Source: a virus
IMG/VR virus record: IMGVR_UViG_3300027741_000029
Coordinates: 52,400-116,399 of that record
Reading direction: 5' to 3' (one strand)
DNA: 64,000 bases
A program made the position numbers and the translations under genes. Under the pieces are notes generated by a model, which ran no database searches, was not told the origin of the DNA, and was given only the letters and a program-made list of their open reading frames with translations. Numbering within the stretch: position 1 is the stretch's first letter; every line of letters begins with the position of its first letter. Positions 35,481 through 44,641 of this stretch are shown one piece after another.

Positions 35481-36238
35481 TGTAATTGTCCCTTATTCAT
35501 CAAATGCAAATCTAAATTTTGTAGTTTATTTGCGCATAGTTTTGTTGTTTCGTAATGGTAAACTAACTTATCGTTTTCAAAACTAATATACTTTGTAAAA
35601 TTATCGCAATTAACAAGCGGATACTTCACAAATCCATAATTTTTTGAACCATATCCGCCGATAATATGGCAAGCAATGGTAAAGATATAATCATTGCGTA
35701 CTGGAATACGCTTAAACCCATACAACTCGCTATAATATACATAATGTTTTTGAACATGCTTTGCCATTTCAAATATGTTCTTTGCTTCCTCACACTTGTT
35801 GAAGATAGCAACAGTTGCCCAATACATGTCTATTTGGGTGTTGCCAAGTTTATATCGCTCAACCGTGCCAGTTCGTACATTATACACATCACGAGTCATA
35901 ATAAAATCTGTGTTACTGTTTATATGAGCAAGCAGGTTAGGGGTGCAAATATAATAATCACTATCTATGAGTAGCGTTCTGTTATATGGACTAATATCAT
36001 ATAGATCGGTTCTTGAAAGATTATACCATGTAAAATCTTTGCGTAAATTTGCTGTTGGTTTTATGGCAACAATACGATTATGTGATCCAACATTGGCGGT
36101 TTCATCATCTGTTATAATTGTTACAGGTATGTTTAAGTGCTGCACAACACGGTCAGCCGCAGCCACCGCCATCTTTAGATGGTCATGTTTTTCATTATTA
36201 AATGCGGTAATTATGCATCCATTAGAGTTGACGAGCAT
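35477..36238 (-). CDS. glycosyltransferase-like protein (GT-A, paralogue of 34623-35480)
   Basis: GCIITAFN, YDISPYNRTLLIDSDYYI (DxD), YWATVAIF, RNDYIFTIA, LHLMNK. Start probably MLVNS (36238). Confidence 0.65.
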   Translation of the reverse strand: MLVNSNGCIITAFNNEKHDHLKMAVAAADRVVQHLNIPVTIITDDETANVGSHNRIVAIKPTANLRKDFTWYNLSRTDLYDISPYNRTLLIDSDYYICTPNLLAHINSNTDFIMTRDVYNVRTGTVERYKLGNTQIDMYWATVAIFNKCEEAKNIFEMAKHVQKHYVYYSELYGFKRIPVRNDYIFTIACHIIGGYGSKNYGFVKYPLVNCDNFTKYISFENDKLVYHYETTKLCANKLQNLDLHLMNKGQLQ

Positions 36239-36563
36239 TTCTAACTTTTGTAAACTCTTCGTATTCTGCTGCAAACTCGTTCATTACTTCATACCAACGG
36301 CGCTGACAAATATATAACAGTTCATGCGGAATAACTTTAACTGGAACATCATAGGCATCCATCATAAAAATTACACCATCCCAATCTTTCCAATTTGGGC
36401 CAAACCATGAATGTAAGAAAGCAATAAGTTCTTGGGTTACGATAAACATACCACCATTATAATTCACGGTCATTCGTGATTCAATGGCAGTATTGATATT
36501 TTGTTTTGCCAGTTCACGATCATATGCTACTCTGGCTGCATCACGCAATTCTTCTGTGTTCAT
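36222..36563 (-). CDS. hypothetical protein heading the glycosyltransferase/radical SAM cluster
   Basis: 113 aa; YNGGMFIVTQELIAF motif; directly after a consensus promoter. Confidence 0.7.
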   Translation of the reverse strand: MNTEELRDAARVAYDRELAKQNINTAIESRMTVNYNGGMFIVTQELIAFLHSWFGPNWKDWDGVIFMMDAYDVPVKVIPHELLYICQRRWYEVMNEFAAEYEEFTKVRNARQL

Positions 36564-36569
36564 ATTACG

Positions 36570-36598
36570 ATTATAATAGAAAAGATAGGAAATGTCAA
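36570..36598 (-). promoter_or_regulatory. consensus sigma70 promoter TTGACA-N17-TATAAT on the - strand, ATG 6 nt downstream
   Basis: Minus strand reads TTGACA TTTCCTATCTTTTCTAT TATAAT CGTAAT ATG (36598 to 36561). Confidence 0.88.
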
Positions 36599-36604
36599 AT
36601 AATA

Positions 36605-37528
36605 TTAGGCTTGAGTATTAACGTTACCGCTGAAGTTTACTACACCCCAAGTGTTTGCCAAGTTTGATGCTTCTGGATAAACAACAAATGGTGTTGCAGT
36701 AGTTGTTCCAGTATTAGTTTGACCAAACGTATTCGTATCATTATCATACAATCTTAAAGTAAGAATAATAACAGAACCTTTGTCGCCGTTCGCACCGAAC
36801 GGTGCACCACCAGCAACTTTGACATCAATTACGTTATTGTTATAATTTGCATTACCAGTTCCGGTTTCAACAAGTGTCAAAAATGAAGTTGGAGTAGTAG
36901 TTAAATTATAATAACCACTGGTACTTGTATAAACGTTACGAGTATATGTTCCAACTGTACCCGCATGAACGCTGGCATTTGAACCCATATAAAAATAGTT
37001 GTATCCAGTATCAACAAAAGTATCCCACGCAGTACCAGCACTTGGACTTGTTATGGTATTTGTATTACTTTGTAGACCAATTCTTCCACCAGCATTGAAG
37101 AAATATCTTGCTTGGTCTGCGCTTGCAAAGGTATATGTAAATGTTTTGGTACTGAGTGATGACCAAGCTGTAGCATTTGTATTTGCAGTAGCATTTACGG
37201 TGCTACCACTGCTAGCATAGGTATATTTGCTGTTAATCATATTTGTAATAAATGAGTCAACTGTGTTCAAATATGTAATAACCGCACCACTGGTTGGCGA
37301 AGTAATACCAGTACCGCTGCCATATTGGTGGTTCTGTATTGAGTTCATACGAGCAACGAGTGTTGACCAATCAGTTGCAGGCACAACAGTACCAGCACTG
37401 GTTGTAGCAATAGTAGTGCTTTGTCCATATCCGTTGCCAGCATTACCCGTTCCCCAAAGAGCGTTTATTTGGTTTACACGAAGATTGAAATCAGTTGCTT
37501 CAATTATACCGCCGCTGCTATATGCCAT
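36605..37528 (-). CDS. virion structural protein (tail/fibre-associated)
   Basis: Thr/Ser/Gly/Asn-rich; MAYSSGGIIEATDFN start; ARYFFNAGG motif; TAAATA upstream at 37550-37559. Confidence 0.6.
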   Translation of the reverse strand: MAYSSGGIIEATDFNLRVNQINALWGTGNAGNGYGQSTTIATTSAGTVVPATDWSTLVARMNSIQNHQYGSGTGITSPTSGAVITYLNTVDSFITNMINSKYTYASSGSTVNATANTNATAWSSLSTKTFTYTFASADQARYFFNAGGRIGLQSNTNTITSPSAGTAWDTFVDTGYNYFYMGSNASVHAGTVGTYTRNVYTSTSGYYNLTTTPTSFLTLVETGTGNANYNNNVIDVKVAGGAPFGANGDKGSVIILTLRLYDNDTNTFGQTNTGTTTATPFVVYPEASNLANTWGVVNFSGNVNTQA

Positions 37529-37583
37529 ATTTTATAGTTCCCACACTTCTATTTATTTAATCTGTCTAAGTATTTAGAATTTG

Positions 37584-38804
37584 TTATGGGGCAATGTTTG
37601 CCATACTATAAGCACCAAGATAACTGCTGCCTCCATCATATGTAATAAATGATACAACATCACGATATGATACAGTAGTAGTTAAAGTAGGAGCCTGACC
37701 ATAACTCCAACGAACAGAAGCTGGATATGTAAGGTTATAACCACCGCTACCACCCTGTGTGGCTACAATAGTAACAGTTTGTGCCTTACCACTTGCTGGT
37801 GGATTGGTAAATGAAAGTGTACAATTTGTTGTTAACGTAATCGTATGAACATCGCTTGCACTCCAATCAACTGTATAAGTTGATCCAACACTGCCAGCAA
37901 CGTAAACATTTTCTATAATACGATTATTAATGGTAGCACTTGTAAATGTAGCAGAATTTGGCGTAACCCCACCAACAATACCGTTTAACGCACCAACATG
38001 ATTAACTGCAGTAATTGTGCCACTGCTTGTAAGACTTGTTAATGTTCCTGTGCTTGTGATATTTGGTTGACTTGCGCCTGTTACGTTCGTTGCATTATAG
38101 ATACTACCAATAATTGGTGTTGAAACTGTTAAACCAGTTAGCGTACCAAGACTAGTAATATAAGGTTGTGCATTTGTAATAAGTTGACCACTTAGTGGAA
38201 TAGCGCCAGTAAAAATATTTACGTTAATATTATAGCCTGGATTAATAGTAGAGAAACCAGGATAACTGGATACCCATGTAGAAGTAGGAGTAAATGAAGG
38301 GTCTTTACTTAATATACCAGTAAGTTGATTACCAACAAATAGCGCAAGAACTACGTGAGTTGCACTTGTGACATCAGTAATACTCATAGCAATAGCAGTT
38401 GTTTGTTGCTGTGAACTTGAATAAGTTGGACCAACTACTAACCATCCACTACCACTATAAATGTATAGTTGCTGATCATCGCTCTTATACCATAAATCGC
38501 CCTGAATAGCAGTAGAAGTAGGCGCAGTTACTGCAACAGTTGCTCCGCCGACAGTTTTAAAAGTTGAACCAGTATAAATTTGCAGTGAATTTGATGTAGT
38601 GTTCCACCATAGTTGACCAGTAATCGCATTAGACGGCTGAGAAGAACCTGCCCAACTTTGTAGCATGCTAACTAAATCTTGTTGCAGCAACTGTCCATAG
38701 TTTGGATAATTTTTACCAACAAGAGTAATACTTGTTGTAGTATCAGTAGTGCCGTCAAGAATAGTTATTGGCGAGTGATTGACTACAGTAATTGTATAAG
38801 ACAT
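37584..38804 (-). CDS. tail fibre protein
   Basis: Shared N-terminal anchor (LVGKNYPNYG...GQLWW), second GDLWY repeat, NAQPYITSLGTLT shaft repeats, beta-sandwich C-terminus. Confidence 0.75.
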   Translation of the reverse strand: MSYTITVVNHSPITILDGTTDTTTSITLVGKNYPNYGQLLQQDLVSMLQSWAGSSQPSNAITGQLWWNTTSNSLQIYTGSTFKTVGGATVAVTAPTSTAIQGDLWYKSDDQQLYIYSGSGWLVVGPTYSSSQQQTTAIAMSITDVTSATHVVLALFVGNQLTGILSKDPSFTPTSTWVSSYPGFSTINPGYNINVNIFTGAIPLSGQLITNAQPYITSLGTLTGLTVSTPIIGSIYNATNVTGASQPNITSTGTLTSLTSSGTITAVNHVGALNGIVGGVTPNSATFTSATINNRIIENVYVAGSVGSTYTVDWSASDVHTITLTTNCTLSFTNPPASGKAQTVTIVATQGGSGGYNLTYPASVRWSYGQAPTLTTTVSYRDVVSFITYDGGSSYLGAYSMANIAP

Positions 38805-38825
38805 ATTTACAACCTAGTTTATAAC

Positions 38826-39053
38826 TTATTTATTAGAAATAACTGCGGTACTTGTATCCTTGTCTATATGCATGTAACCTTCGCATGCAATGTTCCAATC
38901 TTGACCATCAGTTTCATCCCAACAAGGCACATTTATCTGTACATGCTTTACAATAAATTCCTTGCCATTTTCAAAGATCCGCCACACGTGCTCTAACGAA
39001 CCACGCCCCTCACTTCCACGAGATTTATTAAAACGTATATGATACTTGTTCAT
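38826..39053 (-). CDS. small hypothetical protein
   Basis: ATGA overlap with the oxygenase gene. Confidence 0.6.
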   Translation of the reverse strand: MNKYHIRFNKSRGSEGRGSLEHVWRIFENGKEFIVKHVQINVPCWDETDGQDWNIACEGYMHIDKDTSTAVISNK

Positions 39054-39664
39054 ACAATATTCGCAGTTTTATAAATGGCACTAACATTAAAATGCAGCAT
39101 TTTAAAAAATTCTTTGCTACTATTCTTTGTGAAAGTATGTGGCAAATATGCGTTAGTAATAATTAATTGGCCAGCCACTGGATTAAAATTAATAGCCTCA
39201 CTAGCATCTGTTCCGTTATTGACATCTTTCTCTGGTAAATAATTTCCAAATTCTTTTGCTGGTCTAGGATCATGAATAACTAATTTACAACTATCTTCTG
39301 GACATTCTAAAAAATAAAATCCAGTTAATATATTGCCATTACCATGAACATGTCGTTCTTGTCCACCACCATACTGATGTTCTTGAACCCAAAATTCGGT
39401 AAATACTAGTTCATAATTACTCATATCATATCCTTGATTATCTAACACCGTATTACAGGTTTTGATTATCTCAGTTGCCAATGTTGCAATTCTATGATCT
39501 TCGTTGAAATTTTCAGTATTGTAGTATGGAAATAAATCGCTAAACTCGACTATTGTTTTAATTTTTTCAATATATTCATTGCTAACCTCTTTAGCATTTT
39601 CAAGATATTCTGGCAACATTTTACTGTAAACAGGGCTGCTAAAATAAAACCAACTATCCATCAT
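39050..39664 (-). CDS. putative 2OG-Fe(II) oxygenase (TIGR02466-like)
   Basis: WVQEH...HVH (HxH), GFYFL, IHDPRP, FNPVAGQLII..AYLPH, LHFNV. Confidence 0.8.
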   Translation of the reverse strand: MMDSWFYFSSPVYSKMLPEYLENAKEVSNEYIEKIKTIVEFSDLFPYYNTENFNEDHRIATLATEIIKTCNTVLDNQGYDMSNYELVFTEFWVQEHQYGGGQERHVHGNGNILTGFYFLECPEDSCKLVIHDPRPAKEFGNYLPEKDVNNGTDASEAINFNPVAGQLIITNAYLPHTFTKNSSKEFFKMLHFNVSAIYKTANIV

Positions 39665-40380
39665 TTCTTTATTGCAACCTCATCTCTATAGTAACTTTCA
39701 TGTGCTTTTAATTTTCGTGAAGCAATATCTACTTTTTTATAATCTGATTCTGAAAATTTTTCAATTTTTGATTTACTTAATATATCATCTCGTTTAATAG
39801 GAATAGCCTGAACTAGTGGTGTTCCAGCAGGTATAATTCCTGTAAAATTTGGTTGAGTGAACATAAATGGGAAATTAATAAAATTATCATAAACATCTGT
39901 ATCAACCAAACCACCAATGCAAGCAAATCGTGTGTCTTCTCTATTGATTGGTGGTATGAACAGTGTACTCCAACCCGGCGGAGTTTGTATTAGCCAAGGA
40001 TTAATAAATTTTAATGGCGGAATATGTTCACGTGGATGTGGCGATTTTTGACTTGTAATTTGTGCTTTGCCATGTTTATCGATGATATTTTTATAAAATT
40101 TACTATCCCACTCTATGCCACTTGCATCGTCATTTGTTTTAATTTCAACATCTGCTGCCAATGGTATAATATAACCCACACTCATAGCATCAAGAAAAGG
40201 AACACATCTTTTAACTGTGCTATTGTTCAATCGTTCAACATTATCAATGCGCATAGGCAAAGCCTTGAACCATTCAGGTATATATTTTCTTGCGCTATAT
40301 GGTTTTGGAATAACATTCCAATCTTCTTCCATGCAAGCAAACTTAATTTGATTGTTTATTCCAAAAAACGATTTAAACAT
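39661..40380 (-). CDS. conserved jelly-roll protein often linked to 2OG oxygenases (DUF6065-like)
   Basis: PEWFK, TVKRCVPFLDAMSVGY, KFINPWLIQTPPGWSTLF, GLVDTD, IPAGTPLVQAIP. Confidence 0.65.
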   Translation of the reverse strand: MFKSFFGINNQIKFACMEEDWNVIPKPYSARKYIPEWFKALPMRIDNVERLNNSTVKRCVPFLDAMSVGYIIPLAADVEIKTNDDASGIEWDSKFYKNIIDKHGKAQITSQKSPHPREHIPPLKFINPWLIQTPPGWSTLFIPPINREDTRFACIGGLVDTDVYDNFINFPFMFTQPNFTGIIPAGTPLVQAIPIKRDDILSKSKIEKFSESDYKKVDIASRKLKAHESYYRDEVAIKK

Positions 40381-40589
40381 TAATTTTGTCCATTGCCCTT
40401 ATAGTATCTTATCTCGCCAGCATTATCCACATAAATTTTACAGTTTCTCACTTCCCGTTCACCACGAAGTATATGATCGTCATGAAGTGAAAAATGTAAA
40501 TTTGCTATCCACTGACGCAATTCAAAGGGTAATTTATCAAAGCAACTCATGACAATCTGCATTCTGCGGATGTCAATGTCATTGTTCAT
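40380..40589 (-). CDS. small hypothetical protein
   Basis: TAATG coupling at both ends. Confidence 0.6.
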   Translation of the reverse strand: MNNDIDIRRMQIVMSCFDKLPFELRQWIANLHFSLHDDHILRGEREVRNCKIYVDNAGEIRYYKGNGQN

Positions 40590-40897
40590 TATAATTTGCT
40601 TAGTTCAACTATATTGCTGCGTGTGATTTCATCAAGACCAACAAGAACAACACCAGTAATATTATACTGATCATCTACTTCATGATAATGAAGAATTGGA
40701 AATGTATCTATCGCTTTGTCGTGAACCCAAGTTTGAAGACTTGCAAACACATCTGCATGTTGATTGATATCCCAATACGCAAGATGTTTAAAATCTACAC
40801 CTTGTTCTGTTAACCAATCATATGCACTGCGATTTTCATTGTTGTCTTTAACTAAACCAGTGCATAAACATATATCTTTAATTTTTACAATACTCAT
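40589..40897 (-). CDS. glutaredoxin/thioredoxin-fold-like protein lacking CxxC
   Basis: GGAG RBS; WL..QGVDF..L.Y...FP(cis-Pro-like)ILHY...G..EI pattern. Confidence 0.45.
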   Translation of the reverse strand: MSIVKIKDICLCTGLVKDNNENRSAYDWLTEQGVDFKHLAYWDINQHADVFASLQTWVHDKAIDTFPILHYHEVDDQYNITGVVLVGLDEITRSNIVELSKL

Positions 40898-40911
40898 TTT
40901 TATCTCCGTGT

Positions 40912-42210
40912 TTATAGACCCTGATTAGGCCAAGAAATTGTAATTGTTCCAGTGTTGCCAGAGGTACCACTTGAACCTGAACTTCCGCTGCTGCCAGTAG
41001 AACCAGTAGACCCACCTGTTCCACCACTGCCACCACTCCCAGCACCGCCACCGCTACCGCCTGTTCCGCCATTTCCAACAGTAATACTATAAGTCGTAAA
41101 CGGTGCAACAGTTGCACTAGCGTTGCTTGTATTATTTAATGTTGCAGTACCACCAGCATTACCGCTACCGCCAGCATTTCCAGATGCACCAGTATTTCCT
41201 GCATTGCCACTGCCAGCACCAGTACCACTATTGCCACTATTACCACTTGCACCAGTGCCGCCAGCATTGCCTGGACTTCCTGCTGAATTATTAGGAGCGT
41301 TTGGATTTCCGCTTGCGCCACCATTGCCTGGACTAGTACCACCAGTTCCAGCACTTCCATTTGTGTTACCATTTAAATTACGATCACGCCAGTCGCTTCC
41401 ACCGCCACTTCCACCGCCGCCGCCTGCTCCGCCAGTTCCACCTGCGTTACCGCTATTTCCTGCATTACCCGCTGCTCCGCCAGTACCGCCGTTACCACCA
41501 GCACCGCCATTACCACCAGCACCGCCATTACCACCAGCACCGCCATTACCACCAGAAAAATTAACTATATTGCTAAATTGTGTTGCATTTCCCACATTGC
41601 CGCTGCTGCCTACGCTGCCGCTTGCTCCTGTTCCGCCAGAATTACCCGCAGCACCGCTATTGCCCGCAGCACCGCTATTGCCGCTATTGCCTGCGTTGCC
41701 TGCTGTGCCATAACCACCTCCGCCACCACTGCCCCCCGATGAAGTAGTATATCCACCGCAACTATTAGGTGCGTTGTTCGTAGCGTGTCCGCCAGTACCA
41801 CCAGTTGTGCCACAGCCGCTGCCACCAGCGCCGCCGCTTGGTCCGTTACTTCCACGTCCCTTAGTGCCATTTCCACCGGCACTGCCACCAGGTGTTCCAG
41901 CAGAACCAGCAGTGCCCGGACTAGTACAATTACCGCTGCCGGTTCCTTGATTCCCACCACCACCGCCATTGCCGCCAGCACCGCCAGTGCCGCCATTACC
42001 GCCTGTGCCTACGTTGCCGCTGTTTCCACTAACACCTTGTCCGCCTTGTCCACCTTGTCCACCGTTTCCGCCAGCACCGCCATTGCCGCCATTTCCGCCA
42101 TAACCACTTATAGTGACTCTGCGAACACCGAAAGGTGCCTTCCAAGTAGTGCTGCTGTTAAAGGTTGCTGAGCCTGCATTTATTCTTGTGTTGAGTAATA
42201 ATGCTCTCAT
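40912..42210 (-). CDS. glycine-rich (GGX/GXX repeat, PGRS-like) protein, probably fibre-associated
   Basis: AAGGAG RBS; beta-strand spacers (FNSSTTWKAP, TQFSNIVNF, YSITVG, GTITISW) separating long GGN/GGA/GNS runs. Confidence 0.8.
   Translation of the reverse strand: MRALLLNTRINAGSATFNSSTTWKAPFGVRRVTISGYGGNGGNGGAGGNGGQGGQGGQGVSGNSGNVGTGGNGGTGGAGGNGGGGGNQGTGSGNCTSPGTAGSAGTPGGSAGGNGTKGRGSNGPSGGAGGSGCGTTGGTGGHATNNAPNSCGGYTTSSGGSGGGGGYGTAGNAGNSGNSGAAGNSGAAGNSGGTGASGSVGSSGNVGNATQFSNIVNFSGGNGGAGGNGGAGGNGGAGGNGGTGGAAGNAGNSGNAGGTGGAGGGGGSGGGSDWRDRNLNGNTNGSAGTGGTSPGNGGASGNPNAPNNSAGSPGNAGGTGASGNSGNSGTGAGSGNAGNTGASGNAGGSGNAGGTATLNNTSNASATVAPFTTYSITVGNGGTGGSGGGAGSGGSGGTGGSTGSTGSSGSSGSSGTSGNTGTITISWPNQGL
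41485..41555 (-). repeat. 18-bp tandem repeat x4 (GGNGGA)
   Basis: ACCGCC(A/G)TTACCACCAGC units start at 41485, 41503, 41521 and 41539. Confidence 0.9.
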
Positions 42211-42219
42211 TTTTACTCC

Positions 42220-43674
42220 TTACAGAATTACTGCCTCAATTATAGTTTGGATTTGGTCTGCAATTGTTTCCATTGCAATAGCAAATGTATATGGGCTGCT
42301 TTGTTCTTCTGCAATAGCTACACCCCATGGTGATCCACGCAGTGATTGTCCTTTTAATACAGGACCGCTTACACGAACAGGAACTCGTCCCTTAAGTGCA
42401 ATATAAGTTCCACCATCAAGATCATCATTCATTTTAAAAGCTGGATTTTGACTGACTGTTCCAATAGCACGAACCGCACGACCATCATGTTGAGTAACTT
42501 CAGCATCGCCGCCTACCATAACAACAGTTCCAACAGGATATTCCGTATCTGTTAAGTATTTTTCGGCCAAGTCGGCGTATTTTGCGGTGGTTGATGTACC
42601 ATAGAAACTTGTTCCATAGAAATTATTAGCAAAACTGTAACTAAACATTGTATTGATATTGCCAATATTTGCAGTTAAATTGCCGTTTGTTAAAAATATA
42701 TTACCAATACCAAGATTTCCAGTATATGTTGGAAGATATGCAGCAACTTGTGTATTGCCATAGGAACTAGTAGTGCCGAATACTGTACCATTTGCCCAAT
42801 AATAAGCAGCACTATAAGTTGCGGTGTTAGCAACATGATTAGCGGCATACATATTTGCGCTTTGTGCAGTAATGTTGCCGCTTGCAACAACTGTTGTAAA
42901 TGAACCAGTATTTGCTGTATTAGCACCAATTGCACCAGTTAGGTAACCAATATGTTGTCCGCCACCGCTCGTAGTAAAACTTGGGCTTGTTAGCGAACCA
43001 GTACTTGTTATATTAGTTTGTGCATTAGTTATTAAGGTTCCACTTAAACCGCTATTTGCTACTACATAAGCAGCATATACGTTAGCGGTCTGTGCAGTAA
43101 TATTGCCGCTTGATATAACTGTAGTGAATGTACCACTGTTTGCGGCATTAGCACCAATTGCGCCATTATGATAACCAATAATTTGTCCAGCGCCAGTGAT
43201 AGTTCCTTGTGAAACTATTGTACTTGTTGCAGTAACTGTTGTAAATGCACCCGTATTGGCAGTGTTTGCACCAATAGCACCAGTGTGATAGCCGATTAAT
43301 TGCCCACCACCGCTGGCTGTTAAAGCACTAGCCGTTAAAGCACTAGCCGTTAAACTACTAGCCAACGTTACTGCACTGTTAACATTTAAGGTTTCTAAAT
43401 TACCATATACGGTTTTCCAAGCACTATTATCATAAACGTTAAGAAATTTATAAGTGCTATCCCACCATAGTTGTCCTTGAACAGGATATGCAGGTGGATT
43501 ACTACTTGTATTACTAAAATTTTCTAAAAGATAAACAAAGTTTTCATTGAGAGCCGTGCCATAATTTGCCAAACTCTTACCGATAAGAGTCAAACTTATT
43601 GCGTTAGTATTAGCAGTTCCATCGTTAACTGTGTATGTTACGGTCTGTGCTGAATTTTTAATCGTATATGACAT
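42220..43674 (-). CDS. tail fibre protein with C-terminal autoproteolytic-chaperone-like (peptidase G2-type) domain
   Basis: Shared N-terminal anchor; three G.GQ.IGY..GAIGAN.AN.G.FTTV repeats; YADLAEKY...GTVV..GG..EV...IALKGRVPV C-terminus; TAAATA at 43692-43697. Confidence 0.75.
   Translation of the reverse strand: MSYTIKNSAQTVTYTVNDGTANTNAISLTLIGKSLANYGTALNENFVYLLENFSNTSSNPPAYPVQGQLWWDSTYKFLNVYDNSAWKTVYGNLETLNVNSAVTLASSLTASALTASALTASGGGQLIGYHTGAIGANTANTGAFTTVTATSTIVSQGTITGAGQIIGYHNGAIGANAANSGTFTTVISSGNITAQTANVYAAYVVANSGLSGTLITNAQTNITSTGSLTSPSFTTSGGGQHIGYLTGAIGANTANTGSFTTVVASGNITAQSANMYAANHVANTATYSAAYYWANGTVFGTTSSYGNTQVAAYLPTYTGNLGIGNIFLTNGNLTANIGNINTMFSYSFANNFYGTSFYGTSTTAKYADLAEKYLTDTEYPVGTVVMVGGDAEVTQHDGRAVRAIGTVSQNPAFKMNDDLDGGTYIALKGRVPVRVSGPVLKGQSLRGSPWGVAIAEEQSSPYTFAIAMETIADQIQTIIEAVIL
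43316..43363 (-). repeat. 15-bp tandem repeat x3 (AS(A/S)LT)
   Basis: GC(T/C)GTTAAA(GC/CT)ACTA units at 43316, 43331 and 43346. Confidence 0.85.
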
Positions 43675-43702
43675 AGCTGATTCCCACTAACTATTTATGG
43701 GT

Positions 43703-44638
43703 TTAGCTAACTAATCTAATTGAGAGACTTGCGTTGGCAGTATCAATCTGCCCATTAGCATCAGCAATCATAATAAGTTGCAATTGATCACCTGCATTGC
43801 ACTGTAAATATCCGCTGGCAACCATCGGAATGTTAAAAGTATCGCTTAACAAGCTATTAATATTGGTTGCTTCGGTACTTAAACCACTATTTGCAGAATT
43901 TTGCCACCATTGCAGTTGTTGCTTAGTATAGTTAGAAGCATAACCAAGACTGACAGCATGCCCATATACTTGATAAACGCCAGCAACTGGACAAGTGAAG
44001 ATACCAGTTGTAGCATTAAAATGACTACCAATATTAATTGTAACTGATGCTGGCACCATTGTAGTTGGGCTTGCAATACCACTGCTAGTATATGTTCCAC
44101 CAGATATACCAGTGCCTTGTACAACAGGATTATAGGCTGCGTTTACACGACCATAAGCATCAACCGTGAATACGTTGTTACCACCAATCTGCACAATGAA
44201 ACTATTGGTTCCACTAACACGATTTAGACCATCGTTAGTTGTTTGTGGACCAATTGTAATCCAATTTAATTGATCATAATATTTCAACTGTTGGTTAGTG
44301 CTATCCCACCAGAAATCATTTTGTTGTGGGCTGCTTGGTGTGCTACTGCTATAAAGAATATTAGCAACATCTTGCCAGTAATTACTTGCGGCACCACCAC
44401 GATAATACTTAATTACGTTATTGCTACTATCATACCATAACTGACCAACAAGTGGATAATTTGGACTTGTGCTATTCGCAAAATTTTCTAACATGCTAAC
44501 TAAGTCTTGGTTTAATAACTGACCATATGTTGGAAAATTTTTACCAATAAGTGTTAAACTTGTTGATGTTGTATTGATTGTACCATCACTAATTGCAGTT
44601 AAGTTGGCACCATTTGTATAGTTTATATAAAAAGTCAT
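43703..44638 (-). CDS. short tail fibre protein with C1q/TNF-like tip
   Basis: Shared N-terminal anchor; NIGSHFNATTGIFTCPVAGVYQV and L..GDQL are the C1q-domain signature. Confidence 0.75.
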   Translation of the reverse strand: MTFYINYTNGANLTAISDGTINTTSTSLTLIGKNFPTYGQLLNQDLVSMLENFANSTSPNYPLVGQLWYDSSNNVIKYYRGGAASNYWQDVANILYSSSTPSSPQQNDFWWDSTNQQLKYYDQLNWITIGPQTTNDGLNRVSGTNSFIVQIGGNNVFTVDAYGRVNAAYNPVVQGTGISGGTYTSSGIASPTTMVPASVTINIGSHFNATTGIFTCPVAGVYQVYGHAVSLGYASNYTKQQLQWWQNSANSGLSTEATNINSLLSDTFNIPMVASGYLQCNAGDQLQLIMIADANGQIDTANASLSIRLVS

Positions 44639-44641
44639 GCG

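Noticed and set aside
20678-36563. RiPP biosynthetic cluster
   Set aside because: No convincing short precursor peptide, RRE domain, peptidase or exporter was seen; the companion enzymes are sugar-type. Not fully excluded, since the 34430-34663 ORF is small and uncharacterised.
41123-42171. Pro/Ala/Leu-rich + strand ORFs (41123-41713, 41785-42171) and 41610-41996
   Set aside because: Antisense or frame-shifted read-outs of the Gly-rich repeat gene.
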